Shown: positions 13,429 to 25,900 of the stretch, in pieces
Layout of the letters: every line of letters starts with the position of its first letter
Position numbering within the stretch: the stretch's first letter is position 1
Assembly: GCF_006345805.1 (NCBI RefSeq)
Contig: NC_043008.1
Location: 40,362,001-40,426,000 of the forward strand
Direction: 5' to 3'
DNA length: 64,000 nucleotides
Source of the DNA: Octopus sinensis
Taxonomy: Eukaryota
The notes under the pieces: generated by a model
Seen by the model: the letters and a program-made list of their open reading frames with translations, nothing else
Database searches by the model: none
What the model was told of the DNA's origin: nothing
Program-made: the position numbers and the translations under genes

Positions 13429-15284
13429 CAATTCTTTTTTATTGGCCACAAGGGCTGACACGCATGATTACATAAAGGGACAAGACAGGACGAAAGGTTA
13501 CAAAGGGTTTTGTCCGTTTGTTAAAAAAATCCGTGTAAAAATACATTAACAATTATGATAAAACAATGAAAACTCCCAAAAGGAGGAGACGTTTCGAAAG
13601 GTTCCTGGTGGAAAAAACCCTATAAAAGCCAACGGGAGCCTGGTCAAGAAAAAGGGGGTGTAGAGAGTCCCCTTTCTTCTCCTTTTACATTACCTTTGTG
13701 TAATTACAGGCGAAACCTGAGAACTGGTCCATTTATACTGGCCAGTCTCGCACAATTCACCCACCTTTCATAAAACTTGCTATCGGACAGCACTTTCCTC
13801 TCTAACCTCATCTTCCTTTTCAAGTGAAACTTGAAAAAGTTGATGAGGCCTTGACCAAAGAGGAACGTGTCTGTCTTTAGCCCTTTCAAACGAGTCCACC
13901 ACACGAACTATTTCGCCACAGCCACTAGGCACAAGAAAACGGCCTCGCCCTCCTTGTTAAAGGAGGTCGGCGGGGCAATCTTCACTATGGATTCGGCCGA
14001 TAGTCGGATCCGTCCTACACGTGACAGTAGCTGTTCGACATAAACCCATATTTCAGCAATACTCGGGCACAGGACGAGTGCGTGCAGAACGGTTTCGTCG
14101 TCCTGGCAACACCTCGGGCAGGCCCGGCTGACGGCACTTCCGTGCCGGTAGAGTTTATCTCGAACAGGCAGAGCCCCTCGGTAGCACTGCCAGGCGCGAG
14201 ACCTCTAGAAATTATCCATTGGCCCCGGCCCAAAAGTCCTCCCGAACAGACCGCTCAGTTCGTCGTCTTCAACGCCTAGAGTTTCCCCGAGAACGTCGTC
14301 GCATTTTTCCTCCACTAACCCTCTATAGAACGCTAGAGTGGAGCTGTAACCGACCGCATTGCCCGCCTGGTGGAGGGCGGAGAGGGCTTGACGGCACTCG
14401 AGGTGCCAAGCGCCCTTTCTCGGTCTACGTTTGATCCAGGTCTGCAGCTCCGTCAAAGAGACGAGCTGCGGAAAATCGCGTCTGACAAAAGACGACCACA
14501 CCTGTTCACCGTCTAGGAAGCGCTTGAGATGCCGCAGCCTGAGCGCATGTCTGCGCAACAGCAACCACGGCATTCCAAGGCCTCCGTTCAGCGGTCGTTG
14601 ACAGCAGATGGATCGCCTGACCAGTGGCACCTGACCCTTCCACAAAAAGTCGAAGAGCAGGCGTACCACCTTGGCCAACCAGCGGTCGGGACAAGGGACG
14701 ACGGTCAAGCGGTAATAGATGACGGATGCGATGTACGCATTCGCCACCTCCGCTCGACCTTTCAGGGACAGCTTCCTCTCGGCCCATTTCTGGGTGAGAC
14801 GTGCCACCCTGCTCGTCACCTCTTCCCAGTTCTTATCCACCTGGAGGTCCGGACCGAACCAGACCCCGAGCAGTTTAATGGGTCCGTCTGTCCAGCGCCC
14901 TACGACGCTGTTGGACGGCATGGGCTTGCCTCTCCAGGTGCCCAGTTGCAAGCCCACAGACTTTTCCGCGTTAATCTTTGCCCCTGTCACCGCTTCGTAC
15001 TGGTTTAGCGTCTCGCCAATCAGGCCAATGTGCCTGTGGCTCGACACCACCACGGTGACGTCGTCGGCATAAGCAGACACGCTGTTTCCGCCTCCTAGAT
15101 CGCGCGGGAAGCCCCTCAAAGCCTCCAACTTGCGCAGTAATGGCTCGAGAGTCAAAATGTACAAGAGGGAGGAGAGAGGGCATCCTTGGCGGACCGAACG
15201 CGAGATGTCGAACGGTTCCGAAAGGTGACCGTTCACCCGTATCACCGAGCAGATGTTGCTGTATAAAGCAGCGATCCACCCGCG

Positions 15285-15746
15285 GAAGACTGGACCGAAG
15301 CCGGCTGCCTTGAGGACAGCTGCCAGGTACCGATGGTCGACCCTATCGAAGGCTTTACTCTAATCCAAGTTGATCAAAGCCCCACCCGCACCAGCGTCGT
15401 TACCCACCCTCTATCATCGTTTAATGTCCGTTTTCCATGCTAGCATGGGTTGGACAGTTTGACTGAAGTCTGGAGAGCCAGTGGCTGCACCAGGCTCCAA
15501 TCTGATCTGACAATATTCTACAGCTGGATGCCCTTCCTAACACCAACCATTCTGAGAGTGTAGTGGGTGTTTTTTAGATACAAGAGCCAGTCAGATGGAC
15601 CTGGCATCGACCACATTCAGAAGACTGGACCGAAGCCGGCTGCCCTGAGGAAGCTTCCAGGTACCGATGGTCGACCCTATCGAAGGCTTTACTCTGATCC
15701 AAGTTGATCAAAGCCCCACCCGCGCCAGCGTCCTTACCCACCCTCT
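15285..15746. repeat. 128/127-bp direct duplication (15285-15412 and 15620-15746) of the RT core flanking a SINE
   Basis: The two copies align with 5 substitutions and one 1-nt indel. Confidence 0.9.
15413..15619 (-). mobile_element. 5'-truncated SINE-like retroposon with RTE-like (ATG/GAT) 3' tail
   Basis: Foreign 207-bp segment ending …GGACATTAAACGATGAT on the minus strand; flanked by the long duplication. Confidence 0.7.
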
Positions 15747-17479
15747 CTATGATGTAGCGCATGAGATGGAGGTTGTCGTGTATCGACCTGGTCGGCACGG
15801 CGCATATCTGCGTCTTGCCGACCAGCTTGTCCACGACAAGCGCCAATCTCTTGGCTAGCACCTTGGCCAAAATCTTCAACTCTGCATTGAGCAGAGTGAT
15901 GGGCCGGAAATTCCCTATAACGTCCCCTTGTTTGGGTCCTTCTTTAGCAAAGCCACCACCCCTCGACAGACAAAAGCAGGAATTCTCCCGTTTTGCTGCC
16001 AGTTGCAGTAGACGTTTGCCAACAGGTCCGCAAACAAGTCTGGCATTGAAAAGTAAGCTCGTAGGGCAGACCATCCAAACCCGGCGATCTACCTCTCGTG
16101 CAACTCTTCATCGCTTCCTGTACTTCCCAGGCAGATATCGGTCCTTCGCAGCACTCTGCCTCGCTGTCCGAGAGTTGCGGCAGTCCGTCCAGGTACACAC
16201 CGAAGTCTGTACCGTTGGTGTCCGTTCCACCGCTCGTCCCAAACAGTTGAGCAAAGTGCCGCTGAAGCACCGTACACATCTGCTTCGGTTGGTAACTTCG
16301 CGCCCGTTCTGGTCCACCAAAGACCGAATGGTTGCTCTGTTGCCTCGCTTCGCCTCCGCCACGCGGGCCCATCGAGCGGCTCTAGTCCCCTCCCCGCTTA
16401 GCGAACGTGCCTTAGCTCTGACAACGCAGCCTTCGTGTTTGGCGTCGAAGTGTTGGTCGAGGGCCAACCTTGCCGCCAACACGTCGGTCGCGATGCCAGT
16501 GTCAAGAGCCTCGTCTAGTTTCTTAACTAAATCCCGCTCTCTCTTCCTACGTTCAATAGCTACAGTCTTACTATACCTAATCGACTCTACTCTAATTGCT
16601 CTCTTGAGGGCAAACCACCAGTTGTTGTTGATGATTGCCCCCGTGAGCGCCCGCTTAACTAGTAAACTAATCCGGTCTCTGTAAGCTTTGCACGCCGTTA
16701 ACGACGCGTTCAGCTTCCAGTAGCCGGGTCCCTGTCTATGTAGCCTATCTAAGTCGACCGTACAGATCACTAATTTGTGGTCTGTATATTCGACTAGGTG
16801 GAATTGTGGACACCCTACGCTGTCCTTATCCGCTGGCCTACAAAACACTCTATCTAAGTACGATCTAGACGACCCGATGCGGTTTGTCCAAGTCCACATT
16901 GGCACATTCGGGTTGTCTAGTCGAAACCTGTCGGACAGCTGAAAGCGGCCGAGTAGGTTGGTGAGGCTCTTGCACCCTCCCCCTCTCCTATCAGATGCTC
17001 CCCTGCCCACCCGATCGAAACGTTCGTCTAAGACAGCGTTCCAATCCCCAACTAGTACTAGAGTGCGTGACGTTCCCAGGAAAACTTCCAGACGTTTGAA
17101 ATAATCCGACTGCCCTGCTCCTGTCGGAGCGTAGGCAGCCAGCAGTCTGAAAGCACCGCCGTCACTACCGTCGACGTCGAGGACCACCAACTTACCTTCC
17201 GGATCCAAGAAGACTGTCCTTATTTTCAGGTCCAGGCCCTTCCGAAACAACACCGCAGTACCACCACCGCCCGCTCCCGGCCGACACGGAGATAGAAATA
17301 TCTCGTATCCGCCGAAAAGGGCTGCGAGTTCCTGCGGGTCGGAGAGCCTGGTTTCACTGATGGCTGCTACATCCACATCATGAAACCTCAGGTCGTTTAA
17401 CAGGTGACCCTGTTTCCAAGGTGACCCGAGGCCTCTCACATTCAAGCAACCGATTCTAAGATTTGCCATGTTTCAAAAG

Positions 17480-18206
17480 TTAGGGGAAAAAAAAAAGGAG
17501 AAAAAAGGCTCTACTTACTTCGTTGTAAACTGTTATGTTTATTTTTATTGTGAGAATGTGTGCTGGTGGTGTGTTGTGTGTAGGTATTATGAAATATGTA
17601 ATGTTTGTGCTTGTTTTGTTTTTCAAATACTCAACCAGTTCCTGGTTTCTTGTATTCACTGCTGTAATCGTGTCTGTAATTGTGTCTGTGTTTGTTTGTG
17701 TCTGTGGTAGTGGCAGTAGTGGTGTCGAAAGTGTTGTTGTTGTTGTTTGTTGTTGTGAGTGTGTGTTGTTGTTGATGTTGTTGTTGATGTTGGGAAGTAC
17801 TATTTGTTCGTGTTTCCCCTGTAAATCTTTTTGTTTTTTCCTCCTTTTCTTTTTTGGAGGCACTATGTTCCATTCTCCTTTGTTGGAATCAGAGCTCGCA
17901 CAATCCGAGATCTCTTCATCCGGCAAAGGAATGGTTGAGGGGTCTGCTTCAGTAGCAGGACGAAAAGTTTTTGGTTCCGCCGGTATCGGTGGTGCCGCTG
18001 CTCCTGTTACTGTTGATGTCGCTGCTGTCGACCTTCGAGGTACTGGTGTCGGTGTTGGTTTGGTGGTGGTTGTCGGTGTTGGTTTGGTGGTGGTTGTTGT
18101 TGGAGGTGGTGTTGTTCGTCTTGGTGCTGGTGTTGGTGATGGTGTTGGTGGTGTGGCAGCCTTTGGTGTTTCTCGCTGTTTTTGTTGTTTCTGTTGTTGT
18201 TGCTTG

Positions 18207-18261
<55 letters not shown>

Positions 18262-19313
18262 GCTGCTGCCTCTTGCTGAAAGCCTCCATCCTCTTTTTGT
18301 GAATGGGACAGTCCCTCTTTAAGTGGCTTTCGCTGCTGCAGAGAAAACATTTTGGCTTTCGCCCCTCCACAGCAACGTTTAGCCTGGTGCCGTCCGGCAA
18401 ACTTACGAAATCAGGGACTTTACTTATATTGTCTTGCTGAATTTGCGCAAGAAGCAGCACTCCCATCCCCAACCAGTTTTTCGCCCTCACTCTCCTGACA
18501 TCTAGAATGGTGGTAGTGTCCTCTATATCATAGAGGACAGCTGCCACCAGCCATGACATATCTAGCTCAGGGGGGGCGAGGTCGATTTTTATTTTTGTTA
18601 CTCTGGGTCGGAACTAGTAACAAATTCTCAGTTTGCAAGGGCGAAATGGCGTTCGCCCTTGCAAGCTCCTCTGTTGGGAAGCGAACCTCCACGGTTCCAA
18701 AACGCTTCCCCTTGGTTACGTAGCTCTTTTGGGCCCAAATGGGCTTTAGAGCTCTCTCCAACTGTTGGGGTGTGGCATTTGTTATTCTTTTTAGTTTTCT
18801 GTCGAAAACTTTGTAAATTATTGTTTTCTTGTTGGTGCTTTCAATCACCTCTTGTGGAGTATTGAGGAAGATGCCATTGCCATCCTACCTCAACAACTCC
18901 TTCGCTCTTTTCACATCTTCTAGAGTTATCTTAACTTCCTCCGAAATTTGCTTCGCAGCAGAAGCAAAATTGTTGGAAGTTTTTTCTTTTATCTCCGTGT
19001 CAATGTTTGTGATGATTTTTGTATTTGTTTTTTTTTCCTCCTCCTTCCGTACCAAAGCATTGGGTGAAGGCAGAGGGGGAAAATCGAGAATTACGTCGAA
19101 CGCGACGTCCTGGCTTGCATTCTCCTTTTGAACCGAGCGCGTGCTCTCCGGTTCGGAAGGAGGATCTTTGTTGCCTTTTAAGGCGTGAAGTGGGTGTTTT
19201 GGACGAGTTGTGTGTGTTTGCAGAGGGAATGTATCTTGAAGGAAGGAACAGCCAACTGTTCGCTTCATAGCCATGTTTTTTGTTATAATATTCAAAATGT
19301 TGAAAAATGTCAA
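17480..19313 (-). pseudogene. ORF1: gag-like nucleic-acid-binding protein with CX2CX4HX4C knuckle, polyQ and Pro/Thr-rich tail
   Basis: CFLCSSESHLKRDC; one in-frame TAG at 18885-18887; one frameshift near 18610 (…RVTKIKIDLAPPELD joins MSWLVAAV). Confidence 0.85.
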
Positions 19314-19503
19314 ATGTTCAAAATTTTAAAACGTAATTTCACCCCGAATGGGGCAAAATTTCGCCCAACCGACGAGCTCCGCAAGAAGCCGGTCGGTTTG
19401 GCTACAAAAATATTAAAAAATATTCAAACCTATCAATAGATTTCCAATGAAATTGGTGTCAAATTCACGGAGCTGATTCACGTACGTCCATCGGCGTCGG
19501 AAG

Positions 19504-19504
<1 letters not shown>

Positions 19505-19554
<50 letters not shown>
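19505..19554. repeat. (AAT)n array
   Basis: Directly visible. Confidence 0.95.
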
Positions 19555-19557
<3 letters not shown>

Positions 19558-20070
19558 TCTTAACTGATTGGAAGTGTTATCATGTACATTGTTTTGTCTT
19601 GGTATAAAAGATGGGCTACAGCAAATATTCTGCTCAATACCACAGATTTGCTTGTCAATTGTTTGACCATAACCAGTTGAGCATGTCCCTTAGTGGCTGA
19701 CGATATGTGCATCTCTGATCACGAGCAGAAGTAGTGGGGGAGCATCATAGCCATGTGTTGAGGAGGATTCTTTGGGGTTTGAATAATTCACCTCTGGAAA
19801 CATGGGTGTTTCGTTCAACATCCTTAAACAACCCTTATTCAGGGACCTTTTGAGCGGGATGGGTTACTCGATCTGAAGAAAATTCTAACTGGGCTCCACC
19901 TGCAAGGTCATGTGCTGTTTATCTTGATATGAGATCACCATGTCGCGCACATATGGTTGTGATGCATGTGCCTGGTGTACCCTTATCAGATGGGTAGTCA
20001 TGATGGGTATACTGGGCTTCGTATATTTTACCCCAGTGTCACTTCGATGGCATGGACTGCTCGCTCACTC
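19555..20070 (+). mobile_element. AAT-flanked ~515-bp non-coding element, copy 2 (longest)
   Basis: Three homologous copies in the window share the 3' end …GCTCTC(A/T)CACTC|AATAAT. Confidence 0.85.
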
Positions 20071-20169
<99 letters not shown>

Positions 20170-20255
20170 AAGAAGAAGAAGAAGAAGAAGAAGAAGAAGA
20201 AGAAGAAGAAGAAGAACAACAACAACAACAACAGCAACAACAACAATAATAATAA
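20071..20255. repeat. Compound (AAT)n-(AAG)n-(AAC)n array
   Basis: Directly visible. Confidence 0.95.
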
Positions 20256-20462
20256 TCCTTCTGCTGTAGGCACAAGGACTGAAATTTGTGTGGAGGCAGG
20301 CGATTAGACTGACCACAGTACACAACTGTTACTTTATTTATCAACCACGAGATGATGTGAGGCAAAGTCGACCTCAACGGAATTTTAACTCAGGGTGCAG
20401 CTACGATCGAAATACATCTAAGTATTTCGTCCAGCGTGCTAACGATTCTGCTTGGTCAACCG
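20256..20462 (-). mobile_element. tRNA-headed SINE family 1 (degenerate)
   Basis: Reverse complement resembles 21589-21805 (gcagaatcgttagcacg…gaggtcgactttgcc). Confidence 0.75.
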
Positions 20463-20713
20463 TTAACAAAAATAATAATGATGATAAGAATAATATTACT
20501 AACAATAACAATAAAGTCGTTTAATATATTAGTCATGCAACACGTACAGAATGCTCTCAGACTTGCAGAGGTATATCAGTGTAATATATCAAGTAGGATC
20601 TACAATACGTACACGCATACAAACCTAAACACATACATATGAGTATGTATATAAGAATATCTACATATATATATATATATAATATACATACATATGTATA
20701 TACATCTATGCTT

Positions 20714-20777
<64 letters not shown>

Positions 20778-21230
20778 TATATACGTACATGCATTTGTGT
20801 GATAACTTATATATATATATATATATATATATATTTCTTGTTATCTTGGTAGAAATATTTTCACTTATAGGCCATCAGTATGAAAATTACTGACTGAGTT
20901 AACGAACCACAAATGTTTTCTGTGCAATGATCCGTGACATCATTAATACTGAGAATATAAAGTGTTTTATACTTATTCTTGTATTCAATAGATTAAGGAA
21001 ACAGGCACCATTGTTCTTAGAGTTTCTCGGCGTAAGAATAAGAAAGATTTAGAACAATGGTGCCGAATCACTATTTATTTTATTTTCTCCGTCCACGCAT
21101 TTATCGATGACATATAACACACACACATTAAAAAATGTTTGTATATATACATATACATATGTGTGTATATATATATATATATACACATATACATATATAT
21201 ATATATACATATATACATATATGTAAATAC

Positions 21231-21327
<97 letters not shown>

Positions 21328-21588
21328 TATATATATACATATATGTACATACATATATATAAGTGTGAGTGTGTGTGTATTTTCTGTATAAAATATTGTA
21401 GACTAAAAACTTGGGAACTCGTCAGACAAGTTTGTTGAATTTTGCTAAGTATGGAACTTTGTTCTTGCCTCTTCTAAATTTAAATCCTGCATAGGCTGAT
21501 TGTGCCGTTAACGCTTCTAGGAAGAATAAAATATTATGGTGTGAGGGACCTGCTTGTGATCGGTAATTTAATATCCGGTTAACGGTAA

Positions 21589-21805
21589 GGCGGCGACCTG
21601 GCAGAATCGTTAGCACGCCCGGCGAAATACTTAGCAGTATTTCGTCTGCCGCTACGTTCAGAGTTCAAATTCCACCTTTCATCCTTTCGGGGTCGATAAA
21701 ATAAGTACCAGTCACGCACTGGGTTCGATGCAATCGACTTAATCCGTGTGTCTGTCCTTGTTTGTCCCCTCTGAGTTTAGCCATTTGTGGGTAGTAAAGA
21801 AATAG
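21589..21805 (+). mobile_element. tRNA-headed SINE family 1
   Basis: ggcggcgacctggcagaatcgttagcacg head; B-box GAGTTCAAATTCC at 21661; body ctttcatcctttcggggtcgataaaataagtaccag. Confidence 0.8.
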
Positions 21806-21881
21806 ATATCCTGGACAATGTTCGAAAAGTTTGCAGAATACTCTAACAAATACGCGTATATATGTACACACGTACACGCAC

Positions 21882-21926
<45 letters not shown>

Positions 21927-22588
21927 CAGTTCTAAGTCTCTCTAAAGTACTGCATATTAATAGTTATCGCCAAGCTAATATGACAGTACACAAATATAGG
22001 ACGAATGCTGCCGTAAATTAGATCCAAGAGGCCATCGCCTCTAGCTAGATATGTGACACACGAACCTGTGTCCATTATAACCTTCTAACAGGGGAGGTCA
22101 GATTAGTTTCAGGGTATTTGCCCCTTCTCAATGCGGAGCAGTCGAACCCAGCAGGTGTCGCTACTATATATATATATATATATATACATTGTAATTATTA
22201 TTATCATTTATCTATTTATGATTCACCGCACTCGGGATGTGCCTCATAGACTCTCCATTTAGTGGAATGTGTGTCCTTTTGATTAGCCCCCAGTCTATTA
22301 AAAAACTCAGTCAGGTTAAGTTAATTTGCATACGTTACCTGAATATTTTTCTGGTTGTACTTCGGTACCAGCGTATGTACTCCTTTATTTTCATTGTGTA
22401 GACCCGGGTCATTACGACTTTAGTGCCTGATTCACTTGAATCCAATAAATTACATACACACGCACACGTACACACACAAACATAAACACACATACACACT
22501 CACTCACTCACATATATACACAAATATGTATACATACACATACACACACATATATATGTATAAATATGTATATGCATAAATATATCTT

Positions 22589-22669
<81 letters not shown>

Positions 22670-22752
22670 GTATATATATATATATGTGTGTGCGTGTGTG
22701 TGTATGTATATCGTATACATATACGTATGTAATATGTGAAAGCGTTCATGGA

Positions 22753-22915
22753 CGCAGACGTGACTGTATGGTAAGAAAGTTAGTTTAGAACCACTAGATA
22801 CGTGGGTCGGTCTCACTGAGTGGCAGTTTGGGCAAATATTTTCTCCCATAACCTCACGCCAACCAAATGCCTTGTGGGTGTATTTAGGTGAAAGAAGCTC
22901 CTCGTATACATGTAC
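22753..22915 (+). mobile_element. SINE family 2 (CORE-like ttgggcaag motif), degenerate head
   Basis: Homologous to the reverse complement of 56790-56968. Confidence 0.7.
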
Positions 22916-25900
22916 GTATATATACATATATGTATGTATATAAATGTGTGTTTCTGTTTGTGCGTGTATATATATTATTTGCAGCATTTATACTATAATC
23001 CTTATGTCTTTGTTACCTCTGTTTCACCAAATCCGTCTAAATGTGCCCATAAATATTATAGATAATTTGTCACTACAACAAACATCTACAAGAGGGAAAA
23101 GCTGACAGATACAGCCATCACGTGATAAACAGAATAAAAGAAATATACCTTTGAATCTGTTGCATCTTAACAGCAGCACATTTAGTTTCGAGTAAAGTGT
23201 TATATAATAAGTGATGTAAAAGCAATAAATTAACACTGTAGACAGCTGCAAAATGCTATTTCTGACTTGGGGTTGGTATAAACCTACCAGGGCGAGCACG
23301 TATACCGGAAAATAGAAATATTATATATTCAATCTTATCAATTTAAATTGCGAGTAGAATCTTCATCGAAATCATGAATGTGGAAGTACTTTTCTGAAGC
23401 TATACATGTTGAACAACAACATATATACGTACACCGTATGTATCTTGTTGGTCAACGGACATTTCTAGGTTTTACTTGGCATGCGCTTCTGTTTGCATAG
23501 AATTTCTCAAAAACTGCCAAATAAATTATAAAATATTCACCTAATTCTATATAGGAACTTAAAAGACTATAGCGATAAATCTCCTTCCTTTATAAGACTT
23601 GCAGAGAGTATGCCTTATCTCATTTGCTGATAAAGTCTACTCTAGAATACGTTATGCTTTGAGATATCTAAATTTTATTTCACATTGAACAGCATGTAAT
23701 TGCTGAATTGTATCTAAATATATAAGTAAGAAATGTTGCATTTTCAATGAAACACTTGGTTTTTCTTGTCGTTACTTAACGACAAAACAACACACAACAT
23801 CGAAAGCGAGAAAAAAAACCATTTAAATTTTGAATACAGACCGACGGAATTAAGTGCCAAAGAAGAGTTATTCTCTTGATGTGTTTATAATAGAGCATGT
23901 ATTTTGATTATGCAAATAATATAGTGCACATTTCAAATGCATTGAATAATGCATTTTGAAGAAGGTATTTGTTCACAAGGCACAATGTGTATCTAAATTA
24001 ACTCCATTAGAGACATTCATGTTTCCATCAATGTAAAATAAACTTTGGTTGACTTTACAGAGCTTATATCTTCTTTGTGAAATAAATTGATGTTATTGCT
24101 TATAGCCTATTCTTTCTGCAAACTGCAGTGTTGTTGTGAAAAAAGCTACCATTTTTTAACAAGTTGGCATATTGCCAATCCTACCCAATCATGCAATGAA
24201 ATTGGCATTTTCTGCTTTGATCATAGTTTTACTCGTGCTTTTTTCTATTATTGAGAATATGCTGTTCCCATCTTAAGGTAGGATATTTAGGTGTATTTTA
24301 AGGTGTACATTTCTGTTATTTCTCGTTCAATATTCTCGTTCAATATTACATCATTGCTGATTAAATATCCCTGTTCGTAAACGAGAATAACTATAAAACA
24401 AGCTCTTTTATATACTTGCTACAGTAAACGTTTAAGATATTACATATGTACAGAGTGAATTTATATTATGCACAAGAAGACCTCTGTAGATCTCTGAACG
24501 ACACTTAAATATTTACCATGTGTAAGTTAGAAAATAAGATATTCTAAAGGAATATGTTGTTTCTTGTATCCATTATTATTAAAGAAATAAAAAATAATGG
24601 GCATGAAATCATTTCAATATTAAAACAGGGATTATTTCCTTGTTCCGAATATATTTTCAGTGACTATGATGTAAGGGTTTGTGGAAAGAGGCAAGATCAA
24701 ATCTCGAAGAACAAGTGGTAAGGTAGATTTAGTTATAGTATATCGAAGCCATCATCTTTTATAACATTGAACATGTATTTCTGGAAAATTCCTGTTATAA
24801 TTTGGTATAAAACGTACATAATAATTTGCTGTCCGAGACCGTTAGTTGATACGCGATAGCTAATGCTAATTGGCCGGTTAACATTCCAGGTTTTTTTGGC
24901 ATTATGAATAGGCGCTAGTTCCTAGTTGGCGGCTCGAATCAGGCCAAAGTCTTGCTACACTTGCCAATCATATGACTGTGTAAGATCTCGATGGAGTATT
25001 CATCATTTGAAATCTCATTACCATTGATATACAGAATGATTCATATAATGAAATATCTCACATCACTTGTTTCTGAGAGCATCAGATACATTTGTCATTT
25101 ATCAGTTAAACTTGTCATGAATTATCCGCACCATTGTATGTTTAACAGATACAAGCGTGTATAATTGGCTTATAGTAATCTTAATATAATACTTTTAATA
25201 AGAATGCCTTCCCAGGTTAAATCTGTTTAAAAGTACAACAAATTAAAACTGTCCATCAGATTCTGGTTTTGTGAATGACATTCCTATGCGAGTTGAGGAT
25301 AACTCACACACTCCGTCGTTGCGCGCTTATATTTATATTTATATTTAATATTTCATTTACACTCATTAATTATTCTCTAAGCACACACAACATAAAAAAA
25401 TACATAAACCCACACACATACACGGATACACATTATATAGTAATATAAAGATATGTGTGTGTGTGTTTGCACGAGAAATGGAAAGAAGGAGAAAGAGAGA
25501 GAGAGAGAGAAATAGTGAGGCACAAAGTGAGCATACATTTAGAAACCTTTATTTTCTCCAACAAATAGAGTTTTATAGTGAGTTTATAACATTTTACATT
25601 TTTGTTTTGGCTTTATTTAATTATTTTATTATTTGCTATGATCAAGGGGAATCGATACACTTTATAAACATCTGATGTGTAATTTTCAAATTAAATTCAT
25701 ACATTAATGTTTACATCGGCTTTTCTCTTATGTCGCAGTCGTCTGGATATATTGACGTGTTTCTTGCCAGTATTGCATATGCAGTAGTCACGTCCTGAGA
25801 ATCTACGTTTATCGTTTTTATATATTTTACACTCGTGGTGGTAAGGCGGGTTGTGATATAAAATGTCTCCAAGAAATATTAAATAATAACACAATACTTA

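Larger units (their letters stand above)
13704..17469 (-). pseudogene. ORF2: APE endonuclease, reverse transcriptase and C-terminal Cys motif; frameshifted and SINE-interrupted
   Basis: MANLRIGCLNVRGL; ISETR; VGDWNAV; SYLDRVF; YTDHKLV; PGYWKLN; SPGLDGLPYE; FRPITLLN; LDQSKAFDRVDH; VRQGCPLS; AYADD; CPRCCQDDETVLHALVLC. Confidence 0.93.
13429..19504 (-). mobile_element. Full-length L1/Tx1-type LINE (ORF1 + ORF2) inserted in an (AAT)n/(ATT)n array
   Basis: 5' end follows (ATT)n directly (…attattCCTTCCGACGCC); 3' end GGCCAATAAAAAAGA runs into ATTGATTATT; two ORFs separated by 10 nt. Confidence 0.92.

Noticed and set aside
19710-19815. CTGACGA…GAAAC…GTTTC inside the 515-bp element as a hammerhead
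   Set aside because: About 80 nt between the core halves, no stem I, and the stem III arm is not conserved in copy 3
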